The notes beneath the pieces are model-generated. The model ran no database searches and was not told the origin of the DNA. It saw only the letters and a program-made list of their open reading frames with translations. Shown here piece after piece: positions 18,033 through 26,067 of a stretch of 64,000 nt of DNA. The DNA lies in sequence record KM092515; one strand, written 5' to 3'. Numbering within the stretch: the stretch's first letter is position 1; every line of letters starts with the position of its first letter. The stretch is from Escherichia phage HY02. The translations under genes and the position numbers were made by a program.

Positions 18033-18614
18033 TCAAGAGTATTTTTTAGGCAGTAATGCGCTACGTTTGTTACTCTCTTCACTCAACAGTGCGATGAAGT
18101 CATCACCTTTGCCTTTCCACGGGCTGAATGAAGGGATATGTTCACGAATAGCCTCAATAACCGTCTTAAGTGCTGTATTTTTCATCCACCAATCAGAGTC
18201 TGCTGATGCCACTACGTAGTATCCACCTTCATCAGTCAGAATTGGCTCTGAGATACATGGTGAAATCAGAGTGGTGACGATTGAACCATTATTCATGTAG
18301 TATGTGCGCTTCATAACCTTTTCAAGAAGCTTGTGAAGGTCACCAAACAGTGTTACAAGCTCTTTATGGTCAATGTCTTTTTCGAGATTTGCTCGATACT
18401 TCAAAAGTGCAGCATCAACTTCTCTGTCATTAAACTTGAAGTACTGGACTTCCTCAACAAGACAAACACTGATGTTGTTGACATTCATAGTCAACTTGCA
18501 GACTTTTGCAGAAGAATTGATATTTGGTTGAAAAAGTGCAATACACCCTTCAATGTTTCCAAAATGTTGTACTAATGTCACTTGTGGAGTGATACTCTGT
18601 TGCTCTTCGGACAT
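18033..18614 (-). CDS. hypothetical protein
   Basis: 193-aa ORF. Confidence 0.5.
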   Translation of the reverse strand: MSEEQQSITPQVTLVQHFGNIEGCIALFQPNINSSAKVCKLTMNVNNISVCLVEEVQYFKFNDREVDAALLKYRANLEKDIDHKELVTLFGDLHKLLEKVMKRTYYMNNGSIVTTLISPCISEPILTDEGGYYVVASADSDWWMKNTALKTVIEAIREHIPSFSPWKGKGDDFIALLSEESNKRSALLPKKYS

Positions 18615-18958
18615 TACAGTTTCCTCATTAAATACTTTTTAAGTTGTGTGTTAGGTTTCTCAAAAACTTCTATAGAAGATATCTTGACAGACTCACCACG
18701 CATACCTGTATGTTTAAATATGTAATACTCTAACATCCCTATGTACTTTGCTGGTAAGTCATGTTTGACATACACTGTTACAGAATCTTCAAACTCAACA
18801 ACCTTTGTACCATCTTTGTAGTTGAACTCTTTAGGATGGTTGTAGTTGTCTATGTCATACATTAAAAAGAGTCTTTTACGTTGTAAGTCAAGCTTATTGG
18901 TTAAAGACTCTTTAATATCTGAGAAGTTTTTGTACACTGTGACATGGAGCTTACTCAT
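18614..18958 (-). CDS. hypothetical protein
   Basis: 114-aa ORF, coupled to neighbours. Confidence 0.5.
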   Translation of the reverse strand: MSKLHVTVYKNFSDIKESLTNKLDLQRKRLFLMYDIDNYNHPKEFNYKDGTKVVEFEDSVTVYVKHDLPAKYIGMLEYYIFKHTGMRGESVKISSIEVFEKPNTQLKKYLMRKL

Positions 18959-19244
18959 CGTTAAACTCTCTGACGAAGAAATAGTTGACTTTATTATTAC
19001 CTACCATAAGGTCAAAGCAGGTATTCTCAAAAGGTTTGTTGTAGGCATCGTATGAAGTGTACGTATCAGCTACTTGTTTAGTATTGAGCTTTTTACTTGA
19101 TGGGTTTAAGAGGCCACCATACAGCTTCTTGATAGCCTCTTCTACAACAGACCAGATGATTTCGTCAGTAATTTCTTCGTACAGGTCAAGTTCACGCTCT
19201 AGTGAGAAGTCACAAATAGGGAAGATAACCTGTACTTTGCTCAT
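18951..19244 (-). CDS. hypothetical protein
   Basis: 97-aa ORF. Confidence 0.5.
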   Translation of the reverse strand: MSKVQVIFPICDFSLERELDLYEEITDEIIWSVVEEAIKKLYGGLLNPSSKKLNTKQVADTYTSYDAYNKPFENTCFDLMVGNNKVNYFFVREFNDE

Positions 19245-19639
19245 TAACGAATAACCTGTGAAACTTGAATTGCTTCAGTTACAGACAAATCACCAACTTT
19301 CTCTTCTTTGATGAAAGTAAAGGTGAGTTCAACAGGTTCTTGCTCTTCTTGCTCAACTGGAATACCGTTAAGCTCATCAAAGATTGATTGGGTAGTCCAG
19401 TCTTCTCCACCATCTGGATAGTGGATGGCATAAAGAGGAAACTCTAAATTATACCAAGCAAAAACAGGGCAACCATCTGCATCATCTCGACATCTGTGGA
19501 GATATGTGTTTGTACCTTCAAAATGCAAATGGAGATTACCATTCTTCTCAAAGAGAAGAGCATCTTTCAGGTCTAGTTCCTCATTTTTGCTGTAACGGCT
19601 GACATCAACTTTAACGTGAATATGACTGTTATTATTCAT
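19244..19639 (-). CDS. hypothetical protein
   Basis: 131-aa ORF. Confidence 0.5.
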   Translation of the reverse strand: MNNNSHIHVKVDVSRYSKNEELDLKDALLFEKNGNLHLHFEGTNTYLHRCRDDADGCPVFAWYNLEFPLYAIHYPDGGEDWTTQSIFDELNGIPVEQEEQEPVELTFTFIKEEKVGDLSVTEAIQVSQVIR

Positions 19640-20030
19640 AAAAACCTCTCTCTGCTTGTTCGATTTTTGCTTTTAGAACTTCACACCGTTCAATGTGATA
19701 TCTGGCTTCATGTTCATGTGTCGCCAAAGTTCTTTCAAGAATGGTTTTATAGTAACCTGCAAGCTGACCTCTTGTCAATGGGTTCTCTGAAATAATATCG
19801 AGACCACTTTCACCCAGAGTATTAAACTGCCCATGTTCATTTACATGATAAGTCTCAAACTTGAATAAACCATTATTAGCAGCCTCAATAGGTGAGAGTT
19901 CAACCAACTCAACGGTGAACATTGTGTGCACCCTATCACCAACTGTAACAATGTTACTTCCAATGATACGTACAAGCGAACCATTACGAGTGTACTTAAA
20001 AGTCCCGAAGTCACTAGCCCAAAGCTTCAT
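19632..20030 (-). CDS. hypothetical protein
   Basis: 132-aa ORF. Confidence 0.5.
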   Translation of the reverse strand: MKLWASDFGTFKYTRNGSLVRIIGSNIVTVGDRVHTMFTVELVELSPIEAANNGLFKFETYHVNEHGQFNTLGESGLDIISENPLTRGQLAGYYKTILERTLATHEHEARYHIERCEVLKAKIEQAERGFYE

Positions 20031-20044
20031 AGTTTTCTCCTTAG

Positions 20045-20073
20045 AAAATAAAAAAGGCTCCAGAAGGAGCCTA
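20045..20073 (-). terminator. intrinsic terminator downstream of the endolysin gene
   Basis: AGGCTCC-AGAA-GGAGCCT hairpin with an A-run on the + strand (U-run on the - strand transcript). Confidence 0.6.
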
Positions 20074-20081
20074 TGAAGATA

Positions 20082-20546
20082 TTACTTTGGGTATACACTG
20101 TCAAGATAAATGTCAGCTTCCATTCTACGTCTGTTTTTCAGACCGTTTGAAGTGACCTTCTTACCTTTGACTGTAACCTTGTTCCACCACTGCATAGCTT
20201 CTGCACAACCCACCTTATTACCAGCATTGTGGCGCTTGATAAATGTAGAATCCTGCATAGCTGTGATACCGATGTTGTATGTTTCACTTACAAGTGCATC
20301 GAACTCATTCTGAGAAGTTGGAACCTTGATAGCTTTGTTCACTGCTGCAACAAACTTCTCAACATCTGCAAGAAGATACTGTTCAGCTTGTTCAGCAGTA
20401 ATTTTCATACCCATCTTAACAGGTTTTCCGTCAATACGGATTGTACCATACCCGATTGTCGGGATTCCGGCAGAGTCTTCGTAAGCCTCTAACTTCAGAC
20501 CTTCAAAGAACTTAATAGCTTCTAAACCTTTTCTTGAGAGTTGCAT
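20082..20546 (-). CDS. endolysin, T4-type lysozyme (GH24)
   Basis: N-terminal EGLKLEAYEDSAGIPTIGYG matches the T4 lysozyme catalytic-region pattern. Confidence 0.8.
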   Translation of the reverse strand: MQLSRKGLEAIKFFEGLKLEAYEDSAGIPTIGYGTIRIDGKPVKMGMKITAEQAEQYLLADVEKFVAAVNKAIKVPTSQNEFDALVSETYNIGITAMQDSTFIKRHNAGNKVGCAEAMQWWNKVTVKGKKVTSNGLKNRRRMEADIYLDSVYPK

Positions 20547-21679
20547 TATGCCTCCCCTGCTGGGTTAACAGTAACTGTTGCCGCATTAGATGTCACAGAG
20601 CCACCTGCACCAGTAACTACACAGGTGTATGCACCAGCATCAGCAGGGGCTGCTTTAGCTTTCGTGTAAGTTGCACCAGTTGCGCTAGGGATGTTCACAT
20701 TGTCTTTCTTCCATTGGTAACCTGTTGCACCTGTAGCCTCAACGCTCAGCGTCAAACTACTACCTTCGTTGACTGCTTGATTGGTTGGCTGCTTGGTAAT
20801 CACTGGTAGAGCGTTTACTACAACAGTCGCAGGGCTAGAAGTAACAGAACCACCTGCACCCGTTACAACGCAAGTGTATGAACCTGCATCTGCTGGCAGT
20901 GCGCCAGACTTGCTATAAGTAGCTTCTGTAGCTGAAGGGATGTCAGAGCCATCTTTTTTCCATTGGTAACCTGTTGCACCTGTTGCAGCCACTTCCAAGT
21001 TGATATTCCCACCCTCATTGATGGTCTGGCTAGAAGGTTGCTGTGTAATCACAGGTAGTGCATTAACAGTAACTGTTGCCGCGTCTGAAGTAACACTTGT
21101 CCCAGCCTCTCCAGATACAACACAAGTATATGAACCAGCATCGGCAGGTACTACAGATTGTTTTGTGTAAGTTGCAGAAGTGGCACTGGAGATGTCCTCA
21201 CCATCCTTCTTCCACTGATATCCAGTGGCGTTATTTGCGAGAACGCTTAGAGTGAGTGTACCACCCTCATTAACTGTTTGGTTTGTTGGTTGCTGAGTAA
21301 TTGCTGGTGGCTTAATTGCATCCTTCAGCTTAGCATTCAACATTGAGAACGGCTTAACTCTTGCCAACCATTCACAATACACTGTATCAACATCTTTACC
21401 ATTGATAATTGCATATTGTAAATCCATGAAGAAGTCAGAAGTTCTCATTTGAGCACCGACGCTGTAAAGCAAATCATCACTAAAAGGGACTTTATAGTCT
21501 GGTTTGTAGTCAAACTTCTCAACTTCTGCGATATCAGCTTCAGGCCAATATGAGCTATAGGTTAGTGGTAAAATAGCTTCTTGATATGTTCTAAAATCAT
21601 ATCTCTTACCAGCCTTTACGTTTGCAATGAAGCCCTTCACAAACTCTTTGAAGTCTGGGTAAGTCTTTGCTTTAATCAT
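20546..21679 (-). CDS. protein with three tandem Ig-like domains and an N-terminal domain shared with the upstream gene
   Basis: three repeats of roughly 90 aa (PVITQQP..Q.INEGG...L.V.ATGATGYQWKKDG.DI.SAT.ATY...AG.YTCVV.GAGGSVTS..ATV.VN). Confidence 0.6.
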   Translation of the reverse strand: MIKAKTYPDFKEFVKGFIANVKAGKRYDFRTYQEAILPLTYSSYWPEADIAEVEKFDYKPDYKVPFSDDLLYSVGAQMRTSDFFMDLQYAIINGKDVDTVYCEWLARVKPFSMLNAKLKDAIKPPAITQQPTNQTVNEGGTLTLSVLANNATGYQWKKDGEDISSATSATYTKQSVVPADAGSYTCVVSGEAGTSVTSDAATVTVNALPVITQQPSSQTINEGGNINLEVAATGATGYQWKKDGSDIPSATEATYSKSGALPADAGSYTCVVTGAGGSVTSSPATVVVNALPVITKQPTNQAVNEGSSLTLSVEATGATGYQWKKDNVNIPSATGATYTKAKAAPADAGAYTCVVTGAGGSVTSNAATVTVNPAGEA

Positions 21680-22047
21680 TTCTTTTTAGCCTCTAAATGT
21701 GCGTTTAGTCTAAAATAACCTTTATGATGTGAAGATACATCGCCAACAATAATACCTTTAATCTCATAACCCTTACCAATCACATATTGGATATCCATAA
21801 GAAATCTACCAAGACCAACAATATGAAACATTGGATATAATAGATTTTCAGAATCTGGAATGTGCATTTCAGGGTTGTAGGCAGGTTGTTCACTCGTTGG
21901 TGTGATATCTTCTTCAGGCCATTTACTTAGTCTCCATGTCAAAGGTGTTGGGATAACATCACTAAGATTGTACCTCTCACCCTTTTTCACAGAATTGATG
22001 TAGGATTGTAGGAAGCAGTAAAAGTCTTTTGCACTCTTAGCCTTCAT
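21676..22047 (-). CDS. hypothetical protein, paralogous to the N-terminal domain of 20546..21679
   Basis: shared pattern K.K....F..F....I..VK.G.RY...........L....WPE.DI in both N-termini. Confidence 0.5.
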   Translation of the reverse strand: MKAKSAKDFYCFLQSYINSVKKGERYNLSDVIPTPLTWRLSKWPEEDITPTSEQPAYNPEMHIPDSENLLYPMFHIVGLGRFLMDIQYVIGKGYEIKGIIVGDVSSHHKGYFRLNAHLEAKKK

Positions 22048-22056
22048 TAAATATCC

Positions 22057-22088
22057 TTATAAATAGTAAAAGGGGTAATAACCCCCCT
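22057..22088 (-). terminator. intrinsic terminator (- strand)
   Basis: GGGG-TAATAA-CCCC hairpin with A-run upstream on the + strand. Confidence 0.45.
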
Positions 22089-22096
22089 ATCTACAC

Positions 22097-22687
22097 TTAA
22101 GCTTTAGTCTTAAGTAGGTTCTTAAGTTTTTTGAGATTCATACTCTCATCGAACTTAAAACCAAATCCATTGACATAATCAATGAACTCGGATTTTTTAC
22201 TAAGTGATAGCGCATAATCCATATCAAAGTTGTTACTTGTTTCTGCGTCTGGACTAGAGTTCACATCAAATGAAATTTCTGTAGGCTCTTGCTTACTCTT
22301 TCTCATGTTATCAACTAATAAACAGGTATAGTTTGCTGGATAGAAGTTCACGCTCCCATCAACGTAACTGTACTTATTATTGTGGATAAGGTTGGAAAAT
22401 ACCTTAAGAAATGTTTCTGAGTCGTGGCATACAAGCTTGAATTGACTAGACTCTCCAAGAGCAACCAATGAGTACGGACTTTCACTATCAAAGTCATAGT
22501 TTGGATTCGATGCCGTCACTGTTACACGCATCAGGTTATTGGCGATAGTTTTCTGCTTAAAAGAATTTGGAACATAGTGAAGACCTCTGTCACACTGGTT
22601 AACTAGCTCTTTCAAGAGGTCATTTGCATATGGTGAATTAATTGATACAGAGCCATCACTATTGTAATTAAAAGTTACTGTTAACAT
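22097..22687 (-). CDS. hypothetical protein
   Basis: 196-aa ORF. Confidence 0.5.
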   Translation of the reverse strand: MLTVTFNYNSDGSVSINSPYANDLLKELVNQCDRGLHYVPNSFKQKTIANNLMRVTVTASNPNYDFDSESPYSLVALGESSQFKLVCHDSETFLKVFSNLIHNNKYSYVDGSVNFYPANYTCLLVDNMRKSKQEPTEISFDVNSSPDAETSNNFDMDYALSLSKKSEFIDYVNGFGFKFDESMNLKKLKNLLKTKA

Positions 22688-22914
22688 TTTTCAGTTCTCC
22701 TGCGATTTATAATTTTGCTGCAATAGAGAAACGAAGTAAACTCACTGGAAGAAACCATCAAGTGTTGTTCACTAGATTGAGCCATTGCCCTGAAATACAT
22801 TCCAGTCAAAGCATCATAGTGACTATTCTTTCCAATTGAGGTTATATAGCCATGACTCTTTGCAGTTTGATATAAATCTATAATATCTGCGATTTCTAAT
22901 TTGGAACTACACAT
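22681..22914 (-). CDS. hypothetical protein
   Basis: 77-aa ORF, first gene of the - strand block. Confidence 0.35.
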   Translation of the reverse strand: MCSSKLEIADIIDLYQTAKSHGYITSIGKNSHYDALTGMYFRAMAQSSEQHLMVSSSEFTSFLYCSKIINRRRTEKC

Positions 22915-23306
22915 AGATAATCCTCTTGTCTTCTGTAATTTTGAAAGAACAGGTACAGACCAATTTCAGAGGATGAATAGTAGAGTAACTCTACCCTTTT
23001 TGATTCCTTACAGTGATTGGTATTTTTACCTTTCTTCGGGTTATTTGATTTTCTCATTAAGTCTCCTTTGTAGAACAAGGCAGACCTACAGCTTTAAGTA
23101 AGATGGTACAGTAATCCATACAACAAGTCAAGAACTATTACAAGTTAAAAAAGTTGTTGACAAAGTACTTGACAAGGTGTAGGCTTATAAATACTTAGAA
23201 GATAACTTAAAAGGTTCCTCTAAAAAGGCTATTTAAACAGATATCTTTCTGGATATCTATCTTTTATCTTAAAAGCCTTTTAAGAGGTCTTATAAGAGGC
23301 ATACCA

Positions 23307-23678
23307 ATGAAAAACAGAACAAACAAAGGCCAGTTTAAAAAAGGCCAATCTGGAAACCCATCTGGAAGACCAAAAGGCTCTCGTAACAAAAGCTCACTTG
23401 TAAAAGCTCAACTGACCATTGATAATTCTGCTGAGTTTGCTGCAAAGCTGTTTGAGGCAATTGTTACAAGGGACGCTGCTAAGCTTGCAGAGTTCGGGTT
23501 AAACACAGACGACGTAACCATCAAGAGTATGATTGAGGTCGGTAAAACTATCTTTACTCACTCAGCAGGTGAGATGAAAGCACTTGCAGCAGACACTAAG
23601 AAGACTCCTGATAATGGTGGTCAACCACAGACAGATAACAAACCAACGTTCTCTGCTGTAGCGACTCTCAAAAAATAA
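23307..23678 (+). CDS. hypothetical protein with GNPSGRPKG motif
   Basis: N-terminal KKGQSGNPSGRPKGSRNK basic motif. Confidence 0.5.
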   Translation: MKNRTNKGQFKKGQSGNPSGRPKGSRNKSSLVKAQLTIDNSAEFAAKLFEAIVTRDAAKLAEFGLNTDDVTIKSMIEVGKTIFTHSAGEMKALAADTKKTPDNGGQPQTDNKPTFSAVATLKK

Positions 23679-23690
23679 TTTTAAAAGGTG

Positions 23691-23720
23691 TTGACAGACT
23701 ATACAAAGTTGCTCTAAAGT
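23691..23720 (+). promoter_or_regulatory. sigma70-like promoter upstream of the Ro60-like gene
   Basis: TTGACA, 18-bp spacer, TAAAGT. Confidence 0.4.
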
Positions 23721-23759
23721 CTGTCACATCAAACAACAAATGAGAGAAGAGAGTAAAAT

Positions 23760-25175
23760 ATGAGCGAGTTATTTAAACATGCGCACCTTCATGCAGGTCG
23801 AACTGAAAATGGTGCTGTAAACCATACTTCATCAATGTCTGCTCTGGTAGACTTCTACAAAGCCGCTGGTTCAAGCCGTAGCAATGTAGAAATCTTACCA
23901 GACCTGTTCTACAAAGCTTTGCGTGAGGATGTTGATGTTGCAGTTCGTATTTTACTGCATATGCGAGATGTACGAGAAGGTATGGGCGAGCGTAAAGCTT
24001 TCCGAACTGTTTTACTTCAAGCGATTGAAGATAAAGTTTTAGAACCTACACAGGTTCTTCGCATTATGGATAAGATTGTAGAACTTGGTCGTTTTGATGA
24101 CTTCAAAATCTTCGTAGGTACTCGTTTCGAGACAGATGCCTTCAAACATTTAGAAGCAGCATTACTAGACCCTGCAACAGCAGGTTTAGCAGCTAAGTGG
24201 TTACCACGAGTAAAACCACGCCACAAACAGTTTGTAAAACGTTTCTGCAAGTTTGCAAACTTAAGCGAGAAAGAGTACCGCACACTGTTATCTGCACTAT
24301 CTGATACAGTTGAACAAAAAATCTCTGCTAATGAGTTTGGTAAGATTGACTACAGTAAGATTCCTTCACTTGCTGCTGCACGTTACCAAAAGCTCTTTAA
24401 CCGCAAAGATGGAGAACGCTACAAAGCTTACATCGAGTCCTTATCAAAGGGTGAGGCTAAGATTAACGCTGGTGCTGTTTACCCATACGATGTGATTAAA
24501 TCTATTAAGTATGGTAATGCAGATGTTGCTAATGAGCAGTGGAAAGCACTTCCAAACTGGATGGCAGAAGGTGAAAACATCTTGTGTATGACTGATGTTT
24601 CAAGCTCAATGTCTTGGGTGAATCTTGGTTCAATCACTGCTCTGGATATTGGTGTATCACTTGCCTTGTATGTAGCAGAACGTAATACAGGTTGCTTTAA
24701 AGATGAGTTAATGGTTTATTCAACAAACCCTCATTTCATTGAACTGAGTGGTGATTTACGAAACCGTCATCGTCAGGTAATGCGTCATGTTGAATATGGT
24801 TCAACTAACTTACAAGCAGCTTTTGACCGTATTCTTGAGGTAGGCAAGAGAAACAACTTGACTCAGAAAGATATGCCAAGTAAGCTTATTATCTTCTCTG
24901 ATATGGAGTTTAATCAGGTTGATGGTGCAAATGGTCGTACAAACTTTGAAGCAATTCAGAGTAAGTACAAAAAAGCTGGATACGAAATGCCACAACTGGT
25001 ATTCTGGTACTTAGCAAACCGTAATGGTACTTGCGAAGTATCCGTTAAGGATAACGGTGTAGCAATGGTATCAGGGTTCTCTCCAGCAACTTTAAAAGCT
25101 CTGCTTGGTGGTGAGAAGTTTGACCCAATCAGCGTAATGCTTAAAGCAGTAATGATTGACCGTTATATCTGGTAA
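23760..25175 (+). CDS. rsr: Ro60/TROVE-like protein with C-terminal vWA domain (Rsr-like)
   Basis: vWA MIDAS motif DVSSSM (Ro60 has DVSASM); YPYDVIKSIKYG resembles Ro60 HPFHILIALETYK; FSDMEF resembles Ro60 FTDNET; C-terminal GFSPATLKAL resembles Ro60 GFDTGALDVI (from recalled Ro60 sequence, not a search). Confidence 0.65.
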   Translation: MSELFKHAHLHAGRTENGAVNHTSSMSALVDFYKAAGSSRSNVEILPDLFYKALREDVDVAVRILLHMRDVREGMGERKAFRTVLLQAIEDKVLEPTQVLRIMDKIVELGRFDDFKIFVGTRFETDAFKHLEAALLDPATAGLAAKWLPRVKPRHKQFVKRFCKFANLSEKEYRTLLSALSDTVEQKISANEFGKIDYSKIPSLAAARYQKLFNRKDGERYKAYIESLSKGEAKINAGAVYPYDVIKSIKYGNADVANEQWKALPNWMAEGENILCMTDVSSSMSWVNLGSITALDIGVSLALYVAERNTGCFKDELMVYSTNPHFIELSGDLRNRHRQVMRHVEYGSTNLQAAFDRILEVGKRNNLTQKDMPSKLIIFSDMEFNQVDGANGRTNFEAIQSKYKKAGYEMPQLVFWYLANRNGTCEVSVKDNGVAMVSGFSPATLKALLGGEKFDPISVMLKAVMIDRYIW

Positions 25176-25193
25176 AAAGTTTTAAAAAGGGTA

Positions 25194-25222
25194 TTGACAA
25201 TGTGTTTGATACCCTTTAATAT
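25194..25222 (+). promoter_or_regulatory. sigma70-like promoter upstream of the tRNA cluster
   Basis: TTGACA, 17-bp spacer, TAATAT; overlaps an inverted repeat AAGGGTAT...ATACCCTT. Confidence 0.5.
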
Positions 25223-25284
25223 GTTCTACATAGAAACGAAATGAGAGCTTTCCTAAGATACTGAAAAATATTTTAAAAAAGTTC

Positions 25285-25313
25285 TTGACAACCACTAAAA
25301 AATAATGTTAAAG
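25285..25313 (+). promoter_or_regulatory. sigma70-like promoter upstream of the tRNA cluster
   Basis: TTGACA, 17-bp spacer, TTAAAG. Confidence 0.4.
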
Positions 25314-25340
25314 TGGTTACATAGAGTTTGAAAAGTTTAT

Positions 25341-25417
25341 CTCTGTTTAGCTCAGCTTGGTAGAGCGTTCCGTTTGGGGCGGTAAGGCCGGAGGTTCAAG
25401 TCCTCCAACAGAGACCA
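25341..25417 (+). tRNA. tRNA-Pro (UGG)
   Basis: acceptor CTCTGTT/AACAGAG, T-arm GGAGG-TTCAAGT-CCTCC, encoded CCA; anticodon loop TTTGGGG. Confidence 0.55.
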
Positions 25418-25424
25418 AATTAAT

Positions 25425-25502
25425 GTTCCAGTAGACAAAATGGTATAGTCACCACTCTTTCAAAGTGGATATTTGAGGGTTCAAATCCATTCTGGAACGC
25501 CA
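25425..25502 (+). tRNA. tRNA-Glu (UUC)
   Basis: acceptor GTTCCAG/CTGGAAC, anticodon arm CCACT-CTTTCAA-AGTGG, TTCAAAT T-loop with imperfect T-stem. Confidence 0.5.
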
Positions 25503-25509
25503 GTTTTGA

Positions 25510-25582
25510 CAGAAGACCAATTACAGCAAACTTAATCTTATTCATCTGAAGGTAAATCGGACAAAGAAGAGATTTGGTCTGG
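25510..25582 (+). ncRNA. Y-RNA-like element 1 (stem-closed, no tRNA-like domain)
   Basis: 5' CAGAAGACC-AATT...ACAGCAAA and 3' ATTT-GGTCTGG can pair as a terminal stem. Confidence 0.4.
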
Positions 25583-25593
25583 TCATTAAGAAT

Positions 25594-25670
25594 TGCGGGT
25601 ATAGAGAAAGGGCGTCTCACATGTCTCATTAGCATGGTATCGGCAGGTTCGACTCCTGCACCCGCCTCCA
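25594..25670 (+). tRNA. tRNA with CAU anticodon (Met or Ile2), atypical D region
   Basis: T-arm GCAGG-TTCGACT-CCTGC, acceptor TGCGGGT/ACCCGCC with 1-72 mismatch, anticodon arm CATGT-CTCATTA-GCATG, encoded CCA. Confidence 0.4.
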
Positions 25671-25676
25671 ATTTTG

Positions 25677-25736
25677 CAGAAGACCGTATTCAGCAATAAA
25701 CTACTTTTTGCGGATAAAAGAAAAAACACGGTCTGG
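25677..25736 (+). ncRNA. Y-RNA-like element 2
   Basis: 5' CAGAAGACC-GTAT...TCAGCAA and 3' ACAC-GGTCTGG; stem bases co-vary relative to element 1. Confidence 0.4.
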
Positions 25737-25747
25737 CAACGTATTAA

Positions 25748-25821
25748 GGTTAGGAAGCACATGAGGTATGTGCGGTCGCCTGTTAAGCGAATGGCACAGG
25801 GTTCGAATCCCTGACTAACCG
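25748..25821 (+). tRNA. tRNA-Asn (GUU)
   Basis: acceptor GGTTAGG/ACTAACC, D-arm GCAC..GTGC, anticodon loop CTGTTAA, T-arm CAGGG-TTCGAAT-CCCTG. Confidence 0.6.
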
Positions 25822-25832
25822 CAAATTTAAAT

Positions 25833-25920
25833 GTGTCGTTATCCCGTAGATGGTAGCGGTGGGGACTGTAAATCCCTTGTCATTGAGACTCGGTAGGTTC
25901 GACTCCTACACGGCACACCA
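25833..25920 (+). tRNA. tRNA-Tyr (GUA), long variable arm
   Basis: acceptor GTGTCGT/ACGGCAC, anticodon arm GGGGA-CTGTAAA-TCCCT, T-arm GTAGG-TTCGACT-CCTAC, encoded CCA. Confidence 0.6.
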
Positions 25921-25981
25921 ATTTTGAGAGGGCTATTTAGCCCCTCCCTTAAAGGGTTCTTACGAGTATCCTTTAAAGGAG

Positions 25982-26054
25982 CAGAAGACCAAATACAGCA
26001 AGTTATTTAAAATTTCAAGCCAATTCAATTTTGAAAATTTAAAACTTGGTCTGG
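25982..26054 (+). ncRNA. Y-RNA-like element 3 (YrlB-like, no tRNA-like domain)
   Basis: 5' CAGAAGACC-AAAT...ACAGCAAG and 3' CTT-GGTCTGG; interior holds an AT-rich palindrome. Confidence 0.4.
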
Positions 26055-26067
26055 CTCAACAAATTTA

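Noticed and set aside
22896-23078. ORF 22896..23078 (-) and ORF 22901..23101 (+)
   Set aside because: Mutually overlapping 60-66 aa ORFs in the divergent promoter region with no RBS and low-complexity products.
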